From positions 14,865 to 78,864 of the forward strand of contig JAVCCL010000025.1 of assembly GCA_030765505.1 (NCBI GenBank): a stretch of DNA of 64,000 bases. The letters are read 5' to 3'. The notes beneath the pieces are model-generated. The model saw only the letters and a program-made list of their open reading frames with translations, was not told the origin of the DNA and searched no databases. Below, piece by piece: positions 58,622-64,000 of the stretch (within the stretch, counting starts at the first letter, position 1; every line of letters begins with the position of its first letter). The DNA is from Candidatus Kaelpia imicola (lineage in GTDB: Bacteria; Omnitrophota; Gorgyraeia; Kaelpiales; Kaelpiaceae). The translations under genes were made by a program, and so were the position numbers.

Positions 58622-60382
58622 TTAATTCGCTCCCAAGTCTTGAAGAATAAGATCTAATACTTCTATTACATCATCTATTACATCATCTACATCATCTATT
58701 GATAATGGAGGAGTGATCAAACCATTTAAAACAGCTTCTTTTATCATTAGAATTGCTTGCTCCTGAAGCTCTTCAAGATTATCTCCTGCTATAGATTCCA
58801 ATGCTTTATCAAATTCCATCTCATTAGCAGCCGGGATAATCACAGCCATTACCTCATTTGTCATTCCTAAATCAGCATGCATGATATACTTAACTGTCCA
58901 TTCTGAAAATTCCATTATATTTGTCAAAAAATCCTCTAGCGGCATTTCCGCTATGTTTGCAATCTCTTCACTGTATAGACTTAAAAAATAACTCTGACCA
59001 TCAGCTATGGTTATATTAAACACACCGCTTAACTGCTCATCAGTCAACAAGCCTAAAGAAGCAAGATATGCTCGGGCTACGGCTTCTCCTCCATTATCAA
59101 GCGCTAACCTGTAACCATTGATATGGTCTTCGCTTAACCCGTAACTTGACAACTTACTTCCCTGATTTTTCAGAATTCCCAATCTATTGTCTGCAAGATA
59201 TGCCTCATCTATAGCTCTGTATTCTTCCACCGCTTCTTCAGCCCAATCCTTAACTGTATTAATTCTCGCAAGTACTGAAAATTCCTGCAATTGTTTTTTA
59301 ACTTGATTCGCTATTAGAGAAGTATTATTGGGAGGAGTTCCAGGATCTGGAGAAGTTCCAGGATCTCGAGGATTACGCTGGGCGGCAGGATTAGCAGGAT
59401 TAGCAGCAGCAGGATTTAGTAAATTTCCATCTGCATCATAAAGATGATAACTAATTTGGTCCCCAGTTACAGGATCATAAAACATATCTACGGAAGCAAC
59501 GGTGCCAGTGGAATCTTTCACTTCAGCTGCCGTAATATTATTTCTTTCCGTATCAAACCATCGTACTCCTATCATAGACTCTAAACCCCATATTTCCTCT
59601 CCATTTTTCTCAACAATAACATCTCTTCGAATTTCTGAAGTGAAAATAACCAGACCACCAGCATCTTGTGTTATATCAAAAAATTGACCCTCTCTTGTCC
59701 CTGAAGTTCCATTATAAGAATCTTCGTTAAATAGCGAATACTCCTCTAATAGTTTAGACACAGTTGGTTCTTGCCCAGCTTCCGTTGGTTCCACCGTTGT
59801 TGTTTCTTTTTTTCGCATATAAACCGGTTCTAAGCTACCATCATTATTGATGTCTCGCAAAACAGTAAAAGTCTCAGTAGTAACAGTATAAGCAGGATTA
59901 GTATCAGTAGCAGCATGCGGCTCCTTAATCTCATTTGTAAGAACAATATCTTCTTCAGTGAAATCAGGGACACTTTCCGGTTTTATTCCACTATCAGGGA
60001 ACTCTGAAATCTGAGAAATTAAGGCTTTCAAATCATCACTATACTGTTTTGCAGCATTAAGGTCGCTAAAATGTGCTACTTGGACATTATCTGGGTCTAT
60101 ACCATTTCGCAGAGCTGCAGCTTTAACAGCACTCATTATAGGATCATCTTCTGCTACATCGACAAAGGTTGGTGGTGCCGTCTCTGCTGGCGCTGCTTCT
60201 GGAGCTTCTTCCTCTGGTAGTGGTGCTGGTACTGTTTGCGGAATATATTCGTAGGGGTCGCCAGAATAATAACTACCGCCATAATAGTAGCCATCCGCTA
60301 TATTGCTAAAGAAAATCGGTAGCAAGAGAAATAAACTTGCTATTAAAATCAATCCTGTGTGTTTTTCTTTAATTTTTTCCAT
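58622..60382 (-). CDS. secreted acidic hypothetical protein
   Basis: signal/anchor peptide, Pro/Ala linkers, DINNDG motif, FYDPVTG/LYDADGN hairpins, helical C-terminus. Confidence 0.7.
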   Translation of the reverse strand: MEKIKEKHTGLILIASLFLLLPIFFSNIADGYYYGGSYYSGDPYEYIPQTVPAPLPEEEAPEAAPAETAPPTFVDVAEDDPIMSAVKAAALRNGIDPDNVQVAHFSDLNAAKQYSDDLKALISQISEFPDSGIKPESVPDFTEEDIVLTNEIKEPHAATDTNPAYTVTTETFTVLRDINNDGSLEPVYMRKKETTTVEPTEAGQEPTVSKLLEEYSLFNEDSYNGTSGTREGQFFDITQDAGGLVIFTSEIRRDVIVEKNGEEIWGLESMIGVRWFDTERNNITAAEVKDSTGTVASVDMFYDPVTGDQISYHLYDADGNLLNPAAANPANPAAQRNPRDPGTSPDPGTPPNNTSLIANQVKKQLQEFSVLARINTVKDWAEEAVEEYRAIDEAYLADNRLGILKNQGSKLSSYGLSEDHINGYRLALDNGGEAVARAYLASLGLLTDEQLSGVFNITIADGQSYFLSLYSEEIANIAEMPLEDFLTNIMEFSEWTVKYIMHADLGMTNEVMAVIIPAANEMEFDKALESIAGDNLEELQEQAILMIKEAVLNGLITPPLSIDDVDDVIDDVIEVLDLILQDLGAN

Positions 60383-61296
60383 TATTGACCTCCTACAAAA
60401 GTACCGCTAAGAGTGGTTGAATAATTGTCAATACCATTCTCGAACCATTCAGTATCTACCACAAAAACCGTAGTCGTAATACTGGTACCCGTATGATCTG
60501 TTACTATTGTTATAGAACGCACTAATTGACCCTGATTATTATAGGCTCTATTTGTTTCCGCTCTAGCCTGATTAACATTTATATTACCACCATATAAGTT
60601 TGCTACATCTTCAAGAGTTTTTCCTGTTTCGTTTAAAACCTCACTGTTGGTTTCTATAGCAGCTATTAGCAAGTCCAAGTTTGACCAATCTATACTTTCA
60701 CGATTTACCACCTCAATATACAACGAATTGTACCCCAATAGTTCACGGTCATCAATATTATCTTCCGGATTAGGGTCACCGTATTCAAAATCAGTACTCA
60801 AATTCAGCGTAATAGTACCATCTGCAGCCACAACGGTTGTTAACTGCCTATATGTCTCTCCATTTATAGTCCATGCTTCTGTTACTTTTAAGCTATCTTC
60901 ACCATTCTCATCTGTAATTGTTGATGTTGTCCGAGTATAATTTCCATCAGTGGTTGATTCAATGAATGATTCAAAATGGAATACCCTTTGTACCCACTGC
61001 TCTTCACCGTTAACCAACTCCAATGTCCAAACAATTTTATCACCGGCCTTACCATATATCTCCACACCATCAACGATCATGCTTATTTTCCCACTCGTTT
61101 CTGCAGTAAAATTCCATGCGTTTATTGGGGCACTATCTCCTGGTGGTGTAACATTTGACGGCGGATCCTGCCAAACTACAGGTAGATTGTCAACTTCAGG
61201 AGGAAGATTCCAGTCGCCCGAAACCTCAAAAGCAGATATTGAAAGAATAAATAAACCTAAAACAACTCCGCATGTACTTCTTAATATTCTCTTCAT
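60382..61296 (-). CDS. secreted Thr/acidic beta-rich hypothetical protein
   Basis: AGGGAGG RBS before ATG 61296, signal peptide, RAYNNQGQLV hairpin. Confidence 0.7.
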   Translation of the reverse strand: MKRILRSTCGVVLGLFILSISAFEVSGDWNLPPEVDNLPVVWQDPPSNVTPPGDSAPINAWNFTAETSGKISMIVDGVEIYGKAGDKIVWTLELVNGEEQWVQRVFHFESFIESTTDGNYTRTTSTITDENGEDSLKVTEAWTINGETYRQLTTVVAADGTITLNLSTDFEYGDPNPEDNIDDRELLGYNSLYIEVVNRESIDWSNLDLLIAAIETNSEVLNETGKTLEDVANLYGGNINVNQARAETNRAYNNQGQLVRSITIVTDHTGTSITTTVFVVDTEWFENGIDNYSTTLSGTFVGGQ

Positions 61297-61352
61297 CTTT
61301 CTACCTCCCTTGTTAACTGCATTAATTTGTTTTATCATTTTTCTTCACTTTA

Positions 61353-61381
61353 ATTATACCACATAAATCTATTTTTGTCAA
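61353..61381 (-). promoter_or_regulatory. consensus sigma70 promoter
   Basis: TTGACA-N17-TATAAT with TG extension. Confidence 0.8.
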
Positions 61382-61403
61382 ACATAACCATACCTTTTTA
61401 AAA

Positions 61404-61868
61404 CTATTCATATACTTCCATCTCCTTTTCGCAGCGCTGAAGAAAAGTAAGAAACCACTTTGGAATATTGTATCCCAGCTTCACGGCTTTGTTATAACCC
61501 TTCTTTGCCAATTCTATACTTGGTTCTTCCTTCTTAAGATAAGCCACAGCTATAGCATAATTGGCTTTTGGAGAGTCAGGGTTTAATTTTAAAGATTGAT
61601 TAAGCGAATTTATCGCTTTCTCAAAATTGCCTTCTTCCATATAGCATATCCCTAATTCACGCCAGGCTTTGGCATATTCAGGATTAAGTTTTAAAGCTTC
61701 CTCAAAGCAGTTTTTTGCCTTAGCAATATCTCTATTTATATAATGCAATCTGCCTGATTTAAAATATTCTCCTGATTCTTGAGCTGCTGCTGGTTTTTGC
61801 AAAAATGCTGCAAAACCTATTAGCATTAGAAGAAGACCTATTGAATTAAATTTCTTTTTAAGTTTCAT
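61404..61868 (-). CDS. exported TPR protein
   Basis: signal peptide (AAA-Q); ALKLNPEYAKAW..LG..Y, SLKLNPDSPKANY repeats. Confidence 0.88.
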   Translation of the reverse strand: MKLKKKFNSIGLLLMLIGFAAFLQKPAAAQESGEYFKSGRLHYINRDIAKAKNCFEEALKLNPEYAKAWRELGICYMEEGNFEKAINSLNQSLKLNPDSPKANYAIAVAYLKKEEPSIELAKKGYNKAVKLGYNIPKWFLTFLQRCEKEMEVYE

Positions 61869-63984
61869 TATGCCACTCGTCTATTTGTTCAATTGCAATT
61901 TCTAATGCATCCTCAAAGCTCATACCATCATTTTCTGCCATAATATCTGCAACATATCTTGCCCCATCAATAAGAACAGTCATGTCATCATATATATTAA
62001 AGGAACCGTAATAAGATTCAACCGCAGCCCTTAATCCCTCATCATTCAAAGCCTTATAGACATTTCTTCCGTATTCTAAGGCCTCTTGATAAGAGAGATC
62101 ACCTCTTAGATTGCTAACGATAGAAGTATTTATTGCTTCACCTAAACCGTCATATATAATCCCCAATGTTAGAGCAATAGTTATTGCATCTGATGAAGAA
62201 TCTCTATATATCTCTAACGACTGAATAAGCTGACCGAAACTGTTGTATTTTATCTCTTCCTTATGAATATGAGTAACAATACCCGGGGCTACGGAACTAA
62301 CTCTATCTTCATCATATTCTATTACTTGACCCCAAGAATTATACTGTGTGTTTAAACGAGTTATTGTAGTAGTAACTCCTTCTGTAGTAGTTGTCTGAGT
62401 ATAGCTAAGCACACGGCCGTTATCATCATATACCATATCAGACATTTCTAACATCACAGTCTTAGACTGATCTGAAGCAAGGTGGTCTATGGTAGTAATC
62501 TCTTCGGTATAACCTGTAACCTGCTCTAACTCGTTGTAAGTAGTACTTGATCTATTCGTTGTTGTAGTCGTATCTATCTGATGTACTACCCCCTCTTCAT
62601 CAGTATAACTTCCATATCTATGAGTAACTTCAGTATAAGTCGTGCTTAAACCTGAATCCCATTCATCCTCTTCCCAATCCCACACAGACGGCTGATTATA
62701 ACTTATGTTAGTTTTTTCAACGATTGTAGTTAAATCCGGAGCAGCTGAATTATGGATAGTCTCATAAGAATATACCGTCTGACCATCGACAGAATCTCTT
62801 TCAAACTCCGTAGTAATTACCAGGTCAGGATTGGCCTCATCAGTTGTAACCGAAGTACCTGTAGTATGGCTTTGATTACTCTTGGTGCCGCATTCCGTCT
62901 GAACTCCATACCCGTCATAAGTAGCTTTCCAATCAGTCTGAGAACTACCGCTAGAACTATAGTCTGATACAGTCTTTCTACCGGGATATCCTGCATAAGT
63001 AGTAGTAGAGTGTCCTGTACTATTAAATGTAGAACTGCCTTCATAGCTTATCATCTGCCCTAAAGTGTTGTACTTCATATTGGTAACAACGCTGTGGGAG
63101 CTGCTCGTAGATGTAGTCACGGTTGTTTGTGAGCCGTCTTCACTGGTATCGGTATCACTTCCTGAACTCGTACTATCTGAAATATATCCAGTTCTCTGCC
63201 CGTAAGAATTGTAAGTTATACCGTATGTATGAGAGGTATATTGATTATCCTCGGTATCAATTCCGCTCTCATTATATTCAATTATTTGATTCAGCTTATT
63301 ATAGCGGATATTGGTTCTATCAAAAGAGTATGTTCCATCCTTATTGCTGCCTTCTTCATGATAGCTGCTCTTATTACCATTCTCATCATATATTATATTG
63401 GTTATACAAGACTCCCTATGTTCGTCCTCACCATCGTAAATCTCCGTATAGCCGGTAACTTGATTATTATCATTAAAACTGTTATAGATTCTCTCTAAAG
63501 TATAATGGTTGTCTAACCCCTCTGATGCACCCTCATCCGGAAGACCTACTGCATGCCCCTCTTCATAATAACGGACTACTCTATCAAAAATCTTCTCATC
63601 GTACTCAACCTCTATATGAGCATATACAATCTTATCCGGTGTAGTAGAATCATATCTTTCCTCATCCCAACTGATCTCCCGGCCTTTGCTATCATAGCGA
63701 ATATTCGACTTTATCGTCGTAACAAACCCTTCTTCACCTTCATCTTCCTGTTCACTATCTTCTGATTGTTCTCCCGAATCACCCTCTAAAATAGGCTGCA
63801 TCTTTTGATCATCATTACCGCTGCTCACCGGAAGCCGCCCTTCTCTATCGTTACTCTCTTCAGACTCTTCTGCAAAGGATATAACACTATTAAATAAAAA
63901 TAACACTACTATAACATTCGCAATTATTACCAAATATTTATATCCATTCTTATCCATTTTTTCGTAAAACCTATTCGCCTTCAT
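61858..63984 (-). CDS. exported YD/RHS-like repeat protein
   Basis: N-terminal hydrophobic segment; about 13 repeats of the type (T)NI.Y[DN]..G....Y.E. Confidence 0.75.
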   Translation of the reverse strand: MKANRFYEKMDKNGYKYLVIIANVIVVLFLFNSVISFAEESEESNDREGRLPVSSGNDDQKMQPILEGDSGEQSEDSEQEDEGEEGFVTTIKSNIRYDSKGREISWDEERYDSTTPDKIVYAHIEVEYDEKIFDRVVRYYEEGHAVGLPDEGASEGLDNHYTLERIYNSFNDNNQVTGYTEIYDGEDEHRESCITNIIYDENGNKSSYHEEGSNKDGTYSFDRTNIRYNKLNQIIEYNESGIDTEDNQYTSHTYGITYNSYGQRTGYISDSTSSGSDTDTSEDGSQTTVTTSTSSSHSVVTNMKYNTLGQMISYEGSSTFNSTGHSTTTYAGYPGRKTVSDYSSSGSSQTDWKATYDGYGVQTECGTKSNQSHTTGTSVTTDEANPDLVITTEFERDSVDGQTVYSYETIHNSAAPDLTTIVEKTNISYNQPSVWDWEEDEWDSGLSTTYTEVTHRYGSYTDEEGVVHQIDTTTTTNRSSTTYNELEQVTGYTEEITTIDHLASDQSKTVMLEMSDMVYDDNGRVLSYTQTTTTEGVTTTITRLNTQYNSWGQVIEYDEDRVSSVAPGIVTHIHKEEIKYNSFGQLIQSLEIYRDSSSDAITIALTLGIIYDGLGEAINTSIVSNLRGDLSYQEALEYGRNVYKALNDEGLRAAVESYYGSFNIYDDMTVLIDGARYVADIMAENDGMSFEDALEIAIEQIDEWHNET

Positions 63985-64000
63985 CTTGATTTAAATTTAA

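Noticed and set aside
61858-63984. Classical RHS polymorphic toxin
   Set aside because: Too few repeats, no RHS core DPxG motif, no toxin-immunity pair.

Overview
AT-rich bacterial chromosomal window, almost entirely minus-strand coded, from an LPS-making diderm. The TIGR04137-type small basic protein points to the PVC superphylum; Omnitrophota is my best guess and is an inference. The core (17.8-58.4 kb) is housekeeping: proS, MEP/isoprenoid genes, membrane PPase, purA, serA, clpP/tig, lptB, aroB/aroQ, dgt, thiCE, gmhA, pfkA, accBC, efp and rpsU. The window also holds four tRNAs and a compact RNase P RNA. Accessory content sits at both ends. At 0.3-4.5 kb is a GT-C glycosyltransferase / nucleotidyltransferase / S26 peptidase / HprK-like cassette, followed by a decayed DGR-type reverse transcriptase relic missed by the ORF track. 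At 5-17.7 kb is a glucan module: a secreted GH144-like enzyme and a ~2,070-aa protein (split by a 1-nt frameshift) that fuses an exported CBM-like domain, a ~780-aa polytopic membrane region I cannot assign, and a complete GH94 phosphorylase, with no GT synthase domain visible. This is the best candidate for an undescribed system. At 58.6-64 kb is a cluster of secreted acidic YD-like repeat proteins with a TPR protein. Three small genes absent from the ORF track were found by reading the sequence: a 29-aa basic peptide, a Trm112-family protein and rpsU. All assignments are motif recognition by eye; no searches were run.
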